In this document: positions 18,606 through 27,876 of the stretch, one piece after another | How the letters are laid out: each line of letters starts with the position of its first letter | How positions within the stretch are numbered: position 1 is the stretch's first letter | DNA from: Polaribacter sp. | Lineage (GTDB): Bacteria > Bacteroidota > Bacteroidia > Flavobacteriales > Flavobacteriaceae | Direction of reading: 5' to 3' | Length of the DNA stretch: 64,000 nucleotides | NCBI GenBank assembly: GCA_965656305.1 | Contig: CBFHKA010000041.1 | Location: 41,340 to 105,339, forward strand | Program-made: the position numbers and the translations under genes | The notes under the pieces: generated by a model | What the model was told of the DNA's origin: nothing | Databases searched by the model: none | The model's input: the letters and a program-made list of their open reading frames with translations, nothing else

Positions 18606-20483
18606 ATGAGTTTATTTTCAACAACATACGATGTAATTGTAGTGGGTGGAGGACATGCAGGAAGTGAAGCTGCTGCTGCTGCTGCAAATATGGGTGCACA
18701 CACTTTATTAATTACAATGAACTTGCAAAATATTGCACAAATGAGTTGTAATCCAGCTATGGGTGGTATTGCAAAAGGACAAATTGTAAGAGAGATTGAT
18801 GCGCTTGGTGGTTACAGTGGAATTGTAACGGATAAGACTGCTATTCAATTTAAAATGCTCAACAAATCTAAAGGACCTGCAATGTGGAGTCCAAGAGCAC
18901 AATCTGATAGAATGCAGTTTGCTGAATGTTGGAGAACAATGTTAGAGCAAACAGAAAATGTAGATTTTTATCAAGATTCTGTAAACGGATTATTGTTTGA
19001 TGAAAATAAAATTATAGGTGTAAAAACAGCTTTAGGGTTAGAGATAAAAGCAAAAACAGTTATTATAACTGCAGGAACTTTTTTGAATGGTTTAATCCAT
19101 ATTGGCGATAAAAGTTTTGGTGGAGGTAGAGCAGGTGAAGGAGCCTCAAAAGGAATTACTGAAGATTTAGTAGCGAAAGGTTTTGAAGCAGGTAGAATGA
19201 AAACAGGAACTCCTCCAAGAGTAGATGGGCGTTCTTTAGATTATTCTAAAATGACAGAACAACCAGGAGATGAAATCACAGAAAAATTTTCTTATTTACC
19301 AATTACAACTCCATTAAAAAAACAACGATCTTGTTGGTTAACATATACCAACAAAACTGTTCATGATTCATTAAAAGAAGGATTTGATAGGTCTCCAATG
19401 TTTAATGGTAGAATTAAATCTACAGGGCCAAGATACTGTCCTTCTGTAGAGGATAAAGTAAATCGTTTTGCAACTAAAGAAAGGCATCAAATTTTTGTAG
19501 AACCAGAAGGTTGGTCTACAGTAGAAATGTATGTCAATGGATTTTCTACATCACTTCCAGAAGATATTCAAGACAAAGCTATAAGATCAATAGAAGGCTT
19601 TGAAAATGTAAAGTTTTTAAGGTATGGTTATGCTATTGAATACGACTTTTTTCAACCTACGCAATTAACACATTCTTTAGAAACGAAGCTGATAGAAAAC
19701 TTGTTTTTTGCAGGTCAAATAAATGGTACAACAGGTTATGAAGAAGCAGCAGCACAAGGTTTAATGGCTGGTGTAAATGCAGCTTTAAAAGTACAAGGAA
19801 AAGATCCATTTATATTAAAAAGAAATGAAGCATATATTGCTGTTTTAATTGACGATTTAATTACAAAAGGTACTGAAGAACCTTATAGAATGTTTACATC
19901 TAGAGCTGAATATAGAACTTTGTTACGACAAGATAATGCAGATTTAAGATTAACTCCCAAAGGATTTGAGATTGGTTTGGCCTCTGAAGAACGAATGAAT
20001 AGAGTTTTAGAGAAACAAAGAAAAACCGATCTATTAATTGATTTTTTAAATAAAACAAGTGTAAAACAAGAAGAGATTAATCCAATATTGGAAGCTAAAA
20101 ATTTAGCTTTGATTAATCAATCTATGAAGTTATTTAAGATTGCTGCAAGACCTCAATTAGATTTTTCAGATTTCAAAAACATTGAAAAACTAAATTCCTT
20201 TCTAGAGGAAAATAACATTGATCAAGAGATTATTGAACAAGCAGAAATTCATTTAAAATATTCTGGATATATCAATAAAGAAAAGAATAATGCTGATAAG
20301 TTAAATCGTTTGGAAAATGTAAAAATTCCATCTTCTTTCAATTATCAAAAGTTGCAATCGCTATCTTTTGAAGCTCGTGAAAAACTGAGTAAAATTCAGC
20401 CGACTTCGATTTCTCAGGCAAGTAGAATTAGTGGAGTTTCTCCAAGTGACATTTCTGTTTTATTGGTTTATATGGGAAGGTAA
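18606..20483 (+). CDS. mnmG: tRNA uridine-5-carboxymethylaminomethyl(34) synthesis enzyme MnmG (GidA)
   Basis: GGGHAGSEAA, MSCNPAMGG, GPRYCPS, AGQINGTTGYEEAAAQG, FTSRAEYR. Confidence 0.99.
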   Translation: MSLFSTTYDVIVVGGGHAGSEAAAAAANMGAHTLLITMNLQNIAQMSCNPAMGGIAKGQIVREIDALGGYSGIVTDKTAIQFKMLNKSKGPAMWSPRAQSDRMQFAECWRTMLEQTENVDFYQDSVNGLLFDENKIIGVKTALGLEIKAKTVIITAGTFLNGLIHIGDKSFGGGRAGEGASKGITEDLVAKGFEAGRMKTGTPPRVDGRSLDYSKMTEQPGDEITEKFSYLPITTPLKKQRSCWLTYTNKTVHDSLKEGFDRSPMFNGRIKSTGPRYCPSVEDKVNRFATKERHQIFVEPEGWSTVEMYVNGFSTSLPEDIQDKAIRSIEGFENVKFLRYGYAIEYDFFQPTQLTHSLETKLIENLFFAGQINGTTGYEEAAAQGLMAGVNAALKVQGKDPFILKRNEAYIAVLIDDLITKGTEEPYRMFTSRAEYRTLLRQDNADLRLTPKGFEIGLASEERMNRVLEKQRKTDLLIDFLNKTSVKQEEINPILEAKNLALINQSMKLFKIAARPQLDFSDFKNIEKLNSFLEENNIDQEIIEQAEIHLKYSGYINKEKNNADKLNRLENVKIPSSFNYQKLQSLSFEAREKLSKIQPTSISQASRISGVSPSDISVLLVYMGR

Positions 20484-20503
20484 ACTACTTCAAAATTTAA
20501 ATA

Positions 20504-20519
20504 TGTTCCTCGTGGAACA
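20504..20519. other. parS-like centromere site after mnmG
   Basis: TGTTCCTCGTGGAACA, one mismatch to TGTTCCACGTGGAACA. Confidence 0.75.
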
Positions 20520-20553
20520 ATTGCAAAAAATAAATAAAATTTTAATACGCTAC

Positions 20554-20576
20554 TATTCCAGTCAAAACCGGAATCT
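20554..20576. repeat. Short REP-like hairpin (attcc...ggaatct subtype)
   Basis: tattccagtcaaaaccggaatct. Confidence 0.5.
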
Positions 20577-20595
20577 AAAATTTGGAATACAATAA

Positions 20596-21474
20596 ATGAA
20601 TAAAAAAATTGACTTTTATAAAAATTTAAAACCCTTTTTAGAGTGTAAAGACTATACTGTTTCTAGAGAAGTTTATCAGCTAAAAAAGAACTTAGAGTTT
20701 GATATGTTAGTAACCCAACCTGTTCCAAAAAACCTTGGAGATTACTACAAAAGTGAAGACTATATTTCACATACTGATTCAAATAAATCTCTTTTTGATA
20801 AAGTGTATCAATCTGTAAAAAACATTACTTTAAAAAGAAAATTAAAACTTATAAACAAATGTCTTCTTCGTCAAAATAGTTTCTCAAGACCAGAAAAAAA
20901 TATTTTGGATATAGGAGCTGGAACTGGAGATTTTCTGAAAGTTTGTAAAAATAATTCTTGGAATGTTTTTGGAACAGAACCAGATTTAGGAGCAAGAAAT
21001 ATAGCTTCTGAAAAAGGAATTGTTCTGCAAGAAGATTTAACAAAATTCAAAAATCAAACATTTGAAATTATAACACTTTGGCATGTTTTAGAGCACGTAA
21101 AAAATTTGCAGGAATATATTTCAAGTTTAAATCAATTACTTTCAGATAATGGAACATTAATTATTGCAGTTCCTAATTATAAAAGTTACGATGCAAATTA
21201 TTATAAAGAATTTTGGGCAGCTTTTGATGTGCCAAGACACTTGTGGCATTTTAGTCAAACTTCAATTTCTAAATTATTTACTAAAGTAGATATGAAAGTC
21301 GAAAAAACGTTGCCTATGAAATTTGATGGGTATTACGTTTCTTTATTAAGTGAAAAATATAAATCTGGTAAAATGAAACCATTTACAGCTTTTTACAACG
21401 GTTTTATTTCAAATTTAAAAGCAAAATCAACAAAAGAGTATTCTTCTTTAATTTATATATTAAAAAAGGATTAA
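20596..21474 (+). CDS. Class I SAM-dependent methyltransferase
   Basis: ILDIGAGTGDFL, ITLWHVLEHV, IAVPN, PRHLWHFS. Confidence 0.92.
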   Translation: MNKKIDFYKNLKPFLECKDYTVSREVYQLKKNLEFDMLVTQPVPKNLGDYYKSEDYISHTDSNKSLFDKVYQSVKNITLKRKLKLINKCLLRQNSFSRPEKNILDIGAGTGDFLKVCKNNSWNVFGTEPDLGARNIASEKGIVLQEDLTKFKNQTFEIITLWHVLEHVKNLQEYISSLNQLLSDNGTLIIAVPNYKSYDANYYKEFWAAFDVPRHLWHFSQTSISKLFTKVDMKVEKTLPMKFDGYYVSLLSEKYKSGKMKPFTAFYNGFISNLKAKSTKEYSSLIYILKKD

Positions 21475-21540
21475 AAATCGATTTTTACAAAGCTTAAATT
21501 TAGTTTTACCTATTGTAATATAGAAATACCTTGTTTAAAA

Positions 21541-21580
21541 ATAAAAGACGCTTAAAACGAAAATTTTAAGCGTCTTTTAT
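21541..21580. terminator. Bidirectional intrinsic terminator
   Basis: Perfect 17-bp inverted repeat ataaaagacgcttaaaa / ttttaagcgtcttttat between convergent genes. Confidence 0.85.
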
Positions 21581-21618
21581 ATAAGTAAATTCTATAAAAT
21601 AAAATATAATGATAATTT

Positions 21619-22017
21619 TTAACTATTTAAAAGATATACACCCCAAAGTATAATAATGAAATAGACACCTAAGCTCATTGCTCCTGCATAATCTTTTGCT
21701 AAACGTTGTCCTATTAATAAGAAAATTATAACTACAGCACAAAGCTCTACACCTAATAAAGCAATTTCTTTTATTCCAGAAGTGTATAATTGATAAATAC
21801 CAAACAACATTAAAAAACCTGCAATAATCTCTAAAATTAAAATGACCCCTAATAATAGTGGAACTCTATTTTTTAATGGAGAGTTTTTAAAATGTTCTTT
21901 TATAAAAGAAACATTTCCTTTCCAATCTGTAAGTTTATCAATACTAGATTGTAAAAATGTAACGATTAAGAAAAGCAGCACTAAAACTTCTGTTGGGTAG
22001 TTTGATAGTAATTTCAT
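21619..22017 (-). CDS. DoxX family membrane protein
   Basis: FLQSSIDKLTDWKGN, four TM helices, GQRLAKDYAGA. Confidence 0.8.
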   Translation of the reverse strand: MKLLSNYPTEVLVLLFLIVTFLQSSIDKLTDWKGNVSFIKEHFKNSPLKNRVPLLLGVILILEIIAGFLMLFGIYQLYTSGIKEIALLGVELCAVVIIFLLIGQRLAKDYAGAMSLGVYFIIILWGVYLLNS

Positions 22018-22044
22018 CAGTATATATATTTTCGATTTTTATTT

Positions 22045-22330
<286 letters not shown>

Positions 22331-22355
22331 AACATCAATTTTTGATATTGACAAG

Positions 22356-23294
22356 TTAACAAAATTTTACTTTAATCTTATCTACAATAGTTTGTGCTAA
22401 TTTTTCTTTACTCTCAATTGTCCAACCAGCTACATGAGGAGATAAGATAACATTTTCAGCATTAATTAAATATTTAAAAGCTTTAGGCATTTTATCATCA
22501 GAAAAAAGATTTTCAAAAGATGATTTTTCATATTCTAAAACATCTAAACCAGCACCTAAAACTTTTTTAGTTTTTAAAGCTTCAACTAATTCTTTTGTGT
22601 TTACTGATGTTCCACGTGCAGTATTTATCAACCAAAAAGGTTTTTTAAATTTATCGATAAAATCAGCATTTATCATATTTTTAGTGAGCTCAGTTTGAGG
22701 TGTATGCAAACTTAAAATATTACTCTTTTCTTGCAATTCAGATAAAGACACTTGTTTGCAATTGTTATCACCAACATTGGGTTTGATATCGTAACAAATA
22801 ACTTCTACATCAAAACCACGTAATTTTTTTGCAAAAGATTTCCCCATATTTCCATAGCCAATTAAACCTACAGTTTTTCCATCTAACTCAACACCTCTGT
22901 TTTCTTCACGCAACCATTTTCCATTGCTTACCTCTTTGTCAGCTTTGTTTAATTTATTAAAAAGTGATAATAACATTCCTAAAGAATGTTCTCCAACTGC
23001 ATTTCTATTGCCTTCTGGAGCTGCAATTAATTCGATGTTTTTTGATGCAGCATAGTCACAATCTATATTTTCTAAACCAGCACCAACTCTACCTATAAAT
23101 TTTAAGTTTGTGGCTTTGTCTAAAAAGTGTTTGTCAATTTTAAAACGACTTCTAATGATAAAACCATCATAATTATGAATTTTAGCTTCAATTTCTTGTT
23201 TAGAAGAAGTATAATCTTCATCATTTGTATACCCCAAATCATTTAATTGATTTATTAAAAGTGGGTGATTTGTATCTAGGTGTAGGATTTTCAA
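22356..23294 (-). CDS. D-isomer specific 2-hydroxyacid dehydrogenase (SerA-like)
   Basis: GRVGAGLENID, GLIGYGNMG, INTARG, GLDVLEYE, SPHVAG. Confidence 0.93.
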   Translation of the reverse strand: MKILHLDTNHPLLINQLNDLGYTNDEDYTSSKQEIEAKIHNYDGFIIRSRFKIDKHFLDKATNLKFIGRVGAGLENIDCDYAASKNIELIAAPEGNRNAVGEHSLGMLLSLFNKLNKADKEVSNGKWLREENRGVELDGKTVGLIGYGNMGKSFAKKLRGFDVEVICYDIKPNVGDNNCKQVSLSELQEKSNILSLHTPQTELTKNMINADFIDKFKKPFWLINTARGTSVNTKELVEALKTKKVLGAGLDVLEYEKSSFENLFSDDKMPKAFKYLINAENVILSPHVAGWTIESKEKLAQTIVDKIKVKFC

Positions 23295-23334
23295 AATATT
23301 GATCTTTAAACTATTAGAAGTTAAAATAAAAAAT

Positions 23335-23562
23335 TTAACGAATCCATTTTATAATTAATAAAAACAATGCCATCAGAGGTAAAATGTAATATACCATAAA
23401 ACGAAAAACTTTAAAAACTAAGTCAAATAATGGTAATAAATTTTCATTAATTATTTTGATGTAATTACGAATATATTTTTTTAGAAGAAATACATACAAG
23501 TAAGCTAATGAAATGCTAAATAAAATATAAATAGTAAAATAAATTTTTTCAGATAAATTCAT
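23335..23562 (-). CDS. Small hypothetical membrane protein
   Basis: 75 aa with two hydrophobic helices; fills the gap collinear with neighbours. Confidence 0.5.
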   Translation of the reverse strand: MNLSEKIYFTIYILFSISLAYLYVFLLKKYIRNYIKIINENLLPLFDLVFKVFRFMVYYILPLMALFLLIIKWIR

Positions 23563-23576
23563 TTTATAAATATTTT

Positions 23577-23609
23577 CCCTTCCCTTTGGTAAGGTTAGGA
23601 TGGGCTTTA
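23577..23609. repeat. 33-bp dispersed repeat, second family (CCCTTCCC...GGAAGG..GGATGGG)
   Basis: cccttccctttggtaaggttaggatgggcttta, 32/33 identical to 42453-42485; overlaps the panB stop codon. Confidence 0.9.
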
Positions 23610-24425
23610 ATACTGCTCTTTTTCACTTGGAAAATCTCCAGATTTAACATCATCAACATAATTTTCAAAAGCACCTGTCATGTCTGCGAATAAATCTAAA
23701 TACCTACGTAAAAAACGTGGATTGAACTCATGTGTCATTCCTATCATATCATGAGTTACTAAAACCTGACCATCAACTCCATTTCCTGCTCCAATTCCTA
23801 TAACAGGTATTGTTAATTCATCTGCAACTTTTTTAGCCAATTTAGCTGGTACTTTTTCTAAAACAATAGCAAAACAACCAATTCTCTCTAACATCAAAGC
23901 ATCTTCCATTAATTTTTCTGCTTCCTCTTCTTCTTTAGCTCTAACTGTATATGTCCCAAATTTATAAATAGATTGTGGTGTTAAGCCCAAATGACCCATA
24001 ACAGGAATTCCTGCATTTAAAATACGTTTTATAGAATCTTTTACTTCCTTACCACCTTCCAATTTTATAGAATGTCCTCCACTTTCTTTCATGATTCTAA
24101 TAGCAGAACGCAAAGCTTCTTTTGGGTCTGATTGATAACTACCAAAAGGTAAATCTACAACAACCAAACAGCGATCTATAGCTCTTACTACAGAGCTTGC
24201 ATGATATATCATTTGATCTAAAGTAATTGGTAAAGTTGTTTCATGGCCAGCCATAACATTTGATGCTGAATCACCAACAAGTAACACGTCTAAACCAGCA
24301 CTATCTAATATTTTTGCCATAGTATAATCATAGGCAGTAAGCATAGAGATTTTTTCTCCATTGGCTTTCATATCTACTAAAGATTTTACAGTAACTCGTT
24401 TATATTGTTTTTTTGCTATAGACAT
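23607..24425 (-). CDS. panB: 3-methyl-2-oxobutanoate hydroxymethyltransferase
   Basis: [45 protein letters not shown]. Confidence 0.98.
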   Translation of the reverse strand: MSIAKKQYKRVTVKSLVDMKANGEKISMLTAYDYTMAKILDSAGLDVLLVGDSASNVMAGHETTLPITLDQMIYHASSVVRAIDRCLVVVDLPFGSYQSDPKEALRSAIRIMKESGGHSIKLEGGKEVKDSIKRILNAGIPVMGHLGLTPQSIYKFGTYTVRAKEEEEAEKLMEDALMLERIGCFAIVLEKVPAKLAKKVADELTIPVIGIGAGNGVDGQVLVTHDMIGMTHEFNPRFLRRYLDLFADMTGAFENYVDDVKSGDFPSEKEQY

Positions 24426-24562
24426 ATATTTGAATTTTTGACTTTGGTAAAAGTAAGAAATAAAAGCAGATGATTAACGAGTTAATGTTTCGTTAATTTG
24501 GTTATATATCAAAATCAGAATTAAAAAAAGAAGTAGTTTTAAGCTTTCAATATCAAACTTTT

Positions 24563-25063
24563 ATGCAAAAAATTATAACGTATTTGGTGATTTTAATTTT
24601 TTCGGTTACTCTTACAGCTCAAGAAAAACAGGAGAAAAGTGAAGTTACAACAAGTAGAACTGAAATAAAACACATAATTGAAACCTTTTTTGAAGGTTTA
24701 CATAAAGGCGATAGCATTATGCTAAAATCTACCTTACATAAAGATGTAAAAATCCAAACTACATCTACTAACAAAGAAGGACAAAAAATATTAAAAACAG
24801 ATTCAAGAGAAAAATTATTAATTGCTATAGCCAATAAAAAACCAGCTCATATTTATTTTGAAAAATTACTTTCTTATGATATTAAAATTGATGGTAATTT
24901 GGCTTCAGTTTGGACTCCTTATGAGTTCTATTTTAATGAAAAATTTAGTCATTGTGGAGCCAATTCATTTCAGCTGTTTAATAATAATGGAAAATGGGAA
25001 ATTATATATTTGGTAGATATGAGAAGAAGAGAAAGCTGTAAAGCATTAAAAGAAAAAAAATAG
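24563..25063 (+). CDS. Nuclear transport factor 2 family (lumazine-binding-like) secreted protein
   Basis: Signal peptide; ASVWTPYEFY, SHCGANSFQL, WEIIYLVD. Confidence 0.85.
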   Translation: MQKIITYLVILIFSVTLTAQEKQEKSEVTTSRTEIKHIIETFFEGLHKGDSIMLKSTLHKDVKIQTTSTNKEGQKILKTDSREKLLIAIANKKPAHIYFEKLLSYDIKIDGNLASVWTPYEFYFNEKFSHCGANSFQLFNNNGKWEIIYLVDMRRRESCKALKEKK

Positions 25064-25091
25064 CATTATATTTGGTTTTTCAAAAATTAAG

Positions 25092-25658
25092 ATGCCTCAA
25101 AAAGAAGTCACTTTAGAACCTAATAAATGGATCGATAATTACGCAGATTATCTATTTAATTATGCTGTTGTTCGTGTAAATAATAGTGATTTAGCCAAAG
25201 ATTTGGTGCAAGAAACTTTTTTTGCTGGTTTAAAATCAGCCAAAAACTTTCAAGGGAAATCAACAGAAAGAACTTGGTTAATTTCTATCTTAAAAAGAAA
25301 AGTGATTGATCATTATAGGAAAATAAATTCTAAAAAAGGAAAGGCCGAAGTTAGAATGAATTTTTATGAAGATGGCGAAAATGATGGAAGTTGGTTAGAA
25401 GAGCGAGTTCCACAAAGCTGGGATAATGCATCTGAAAAGAAATTAGAAAATGAAGAGTTAAAATCACAATTAGATACTTGCATTGATAATTTACCAGAAA
25501 AGTATGCAATGGTTTTTAGAATGAAAACCATTCAAGAATTTGAAACCGAAGAAATTTGTAAGGAGTTAGATATCACTGCGTCAAACTTATGGGTTATTAT
25601 ACACAGAGCTAGAACTCAGTTAAGAAAGTGTATGGAAGATAACTGGTTTAATAATTAA
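25092..25658 (+). CDS. ECF RNA polymerase sigma-70 factor
   Basis: AKDLVQETF, TWLISILKRKVIDHYRK (region 2), EICKELDITASNLWVIIHRAR (region 4). Confidence 0.95.
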   Translation: MPQKEVTLEPNKWIDNYADYLFNYAVVRVNNSDLAKDLVQETFFAGLKSAKNFQGKSTERTWLISILKRKVIDHYRKINSKKGKAEVRMNFYEDGENDGSWLEERVPQSWDNASEKKLENEELKSQLDTCIDNLPEKYAMVFRMKTIQEFETEEICKELDITASNLWVIIHRARTQLRKCMEDNWFNN

Positions 25659-25661
25659 GAG

Positions 25662-25925
25662 ATGTTTAAAAAATTATTTATTACTTGCGACGAAGCAACT
25701 ACAATTTGTGATAAAAGTCAATATAATGAATCCTCAATTTTTGAGAAAATTCAGTTAAATTTACATTTTGTGAGATGTAAAATATGCAGACTTTATACCA
25801 AACAAAACAATATTATGTCAGATTTATTTAAAATGAAATCTGAAGAAAGTAAGAGTGGAATGAGTTGTATGTCAAACAAAGAAAAAGATTCCTTAAAAAA
25901 GCAATTAGAAGATTTTAAAATATAG
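25662..25925 (+). CDS. Probable zinc-binding (ZAS-type) soluble anti-sigma factor
   Basis: TCDEATTIC...LHFVRCKIC (Hx3Cx2C), 3 nt after the ECF stop, no TM segment. Confidence 0.75.
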   Translation: MFKKLFITCDEATTICDKSQYNESSIFEKIQLNLHFVRCKICRLYTKQNNIMSDLFKMKSEESKSGMSCMSNKEKDSLKKQLEDFKI

Positions 25926-26031
25926 AAGATTTTTTTCGGTTTTCTCAAAACCGTATTTTTGATTTTTTGTTAGATTGAACGGAATTTATAGAAATATAGG
26001 TTCCGTTTTTTTTGAATTATAATACATAAAC

Positions 26032-26673
26032 ATGCATTTTTTACCAGAAAAAATAGATAATTACGTTGTAAATCATTCACAACAAGAGCCTCAATTACTA
26101 AAAGAATTAAGTAAAGAAACTTGGCAAAAAGTATTAAACCCTAGAATGTTAAGTGGCGCTTTTCAAGGAAGAGTTTTGTCTATGATTTCAAAATTAACCC
26201 AACCTAAAACCATTTTAGAAATAGGTACTTATACTGGCTATTCTGCATTATGTTTAGTTGAGGGATTATCTTCTAATGGAAAAATTATTACCATTGATAA
26301 AAATGAAGAACTAGAAACACTTCAAAATAAGTACTTTGAAAAATCTGGTTTTAGAAAACAAATTGAGCAGAAAGTTGGCAATGCATTAGAGATTATTCCA
26401 CAAATTAATGAAAAATTTGATTTAGTTTTTATTGATGCAGACAAATCTAATTATGTAAATTATTTTCATTTAATCATTGATAAAATGAATTCAGGTGGAA
26501 TTATTTTATCTGACAATGTACTTTGGAGTGGAAAGGTTGTAGAACAATTAAATCCAAAAGATATTGATACAAAAGTACTTTTAGCGTATAATAAATTATT
26601 AAATTTTGATGATAGAGTAGAAACTGTTTTATTACCAATAAGAGATGGTTTAACAATTAGTAGAGTAAAGTAA
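26032..26673 (+). CDS. O-methyltransferase (CCoAOMT/COMT family)
   Basis: MLSGAFQGR, LEIGTYTGYS, FIDADK, DNVLWSG, LPIRDGL. Confidence 0.93.
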   Translation: MHFLPEKIDNYVVNHSQQEPQLLKELSKETWQKVLNPRMLSGAFQGRVLSMISKLTQPKTILEIGTYTGYSALCLVEGLSSNGKIITIDKNEELETLQNKYFEKSGFRKQIEQKVGNALEIIPQINEKFDLVFIDADKSNYVNYFHLIIDKMNSGGIILSDNVLWSGKVVEQLNPKDIDTKVLLAYNKLLNFDDRVETVLLPIRDGLTISRVK

Positions 26674-26688
26674 CTACTTAAGTGAAAA

Positions 26689-26973
26689 TTACATATTTCT
26701 TTTTATAGGTCCAGTAAAATCATCAATATTTTCTTTTACTCCTTTTATTTCTTTTTTAATGTCTTTAGCTAAATCTGTATCTATACCATGTTCTTTAGAG
26801 CTAGCGTTTATTTCTTTTTTAATTTCATTAGTAGCATCTTTCATTTGACGCATACCTTTACCCAAACCTCTAGCAATTTCAGGAATTTTATCTGCACCAA
26901 AAACCATAACTACTATTAGCATAATTACAAAAATTTCAGGTGCTCCAATAAATAAAAACTGTGTACTCATCAT
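26689..26973 (-). CDS. Sec-independent translocase TatA/TatB family subunit
   Basis: IGAPEI...VFGADKIPEIARGLGKGMRQMKDA. Confidence 0.9.
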   Translation of the reverse strand: MMSTQFLFIGAPEIFVIMLIVVMVFGADKIPEIARGLGKGMRQMKDATNEIKKEINASSKEHGIDTDLAKDIKKEIKGVKENIDDFTGPIKRNM

Positions 26974-27243
26974 ATGACAAAGATAAAGGTTATTCTATTA
27001 GGTTATTAAAAAAAATACTGTAAAAATTGCCTTTTTTGAGCGTTTGTAGACTCCTTAAATTTTTATAAAACTTAAATTTGTTTTTAAACTTAAATTTTAA
27101 CGATTAGTTTAAATGATTGATTTACAGTTTTTTAAATTTATTTTAGCTTTGTTTTTCATCATTAAAAAGTTTTTTTTTCACAGTTTTGTATATAATATAA
27201 AATAGTGTAACTTTACACCCAGTAACCCTTAAACCCCTTAAGT

Positions 27244-27741
27244 ATGAAACCCCTAAAAAAATTCACAGCGCTAGCTGTGGTATTAATTTGTATTTTTTCT
27301 TTTAATAAAAAGGAAAGTACATCGTTTAAAACAGCATTAAATTTAGAAAACATTAACGTAGTAGAAGTACTCTCTAAACAACAGTTTGAGTGTAGGTCTT
27401 CTTCAGATTTTATCTTTTATGTGGAAACTAGTTTAATAAAAAAGATTAGAGGAGCAAACCACATTAATGCTAAAGTTTTTATTCTTGATAAAATTTCAGG
27501 AAGTAAAAGTTTATTAGCTCAAGAAAATGTTCAAGTAAATAAATTTGAAGACTCAATAGCTATAAAAGATCATAATTCTGAGAGTGATTTTTTAAGTTCA
27601 GTCTTAAAAAATGGTGATATGACTATTGGTGGTTCAGAAAAAGCTCCTTATGCTTTTAATGATCTGCTTAAATATGAGTCTATTTATAATAGTTATATCA
27701 ACTCTACCAATAAATTATTAAGATTAAAGAGGTCTATTTAA
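27244..27741 (+). CDS. Hypothetical secreted protein
   Basis: 165-aa ORF with signal-like N-terminus, upstream TAACTTTAC element and downstream terminator. Confidence 0.7.
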   Translation: MKPLKKFTALAVVLICIFSFNKKESTSFKTALNLENINVVEVLSKQQFECRSSSDFIFYVETSLIKKIRGANHINAKVFILDKISGSKSLLAQENVQVNKFEDSIAIKDHNSESDFLSSVLKNGDMTIGGSEKAPYAFNDLLKYESIYNSYINSTNKLLRLKRSI

Positions 27742-27774
27742 AAGAAAATTTTTACCCCTAAACCCCTAGAATCT

Positions 27775-27805
27775 AAAACCTAAAAGCTACTTGCTTTTAG
27801 GTTTT
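27775..27805 (+). terminator. Intrinsic terminator
   Basis: aaaacctaaaagc-tactt-gcttttaggtttt perfect 13-bp stem. Confidence 0.85.
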
Positions 27806-27876
27806 ATTTTTTTAATTTGATTTCACTAGTTGTGTAAAATAATTTTAATTATTTACCTTGCTAAAAAAAAGTGAAA

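Noticed and set aside
20860-20890. Possible short in-frame insertion (gtctt...aagac, KCLLRQNSFSRP) in the methyltransferase
   Set aside because: Only a 5-bp stem and no clear family ends; needs an ortholog alignment
22608-22623. TGTTCCACGTGCAGTA parS-like half site in the dehydrogenase gene
   Set aside because: Three mismatches in one arm and it coincides with the conserved TARG codons
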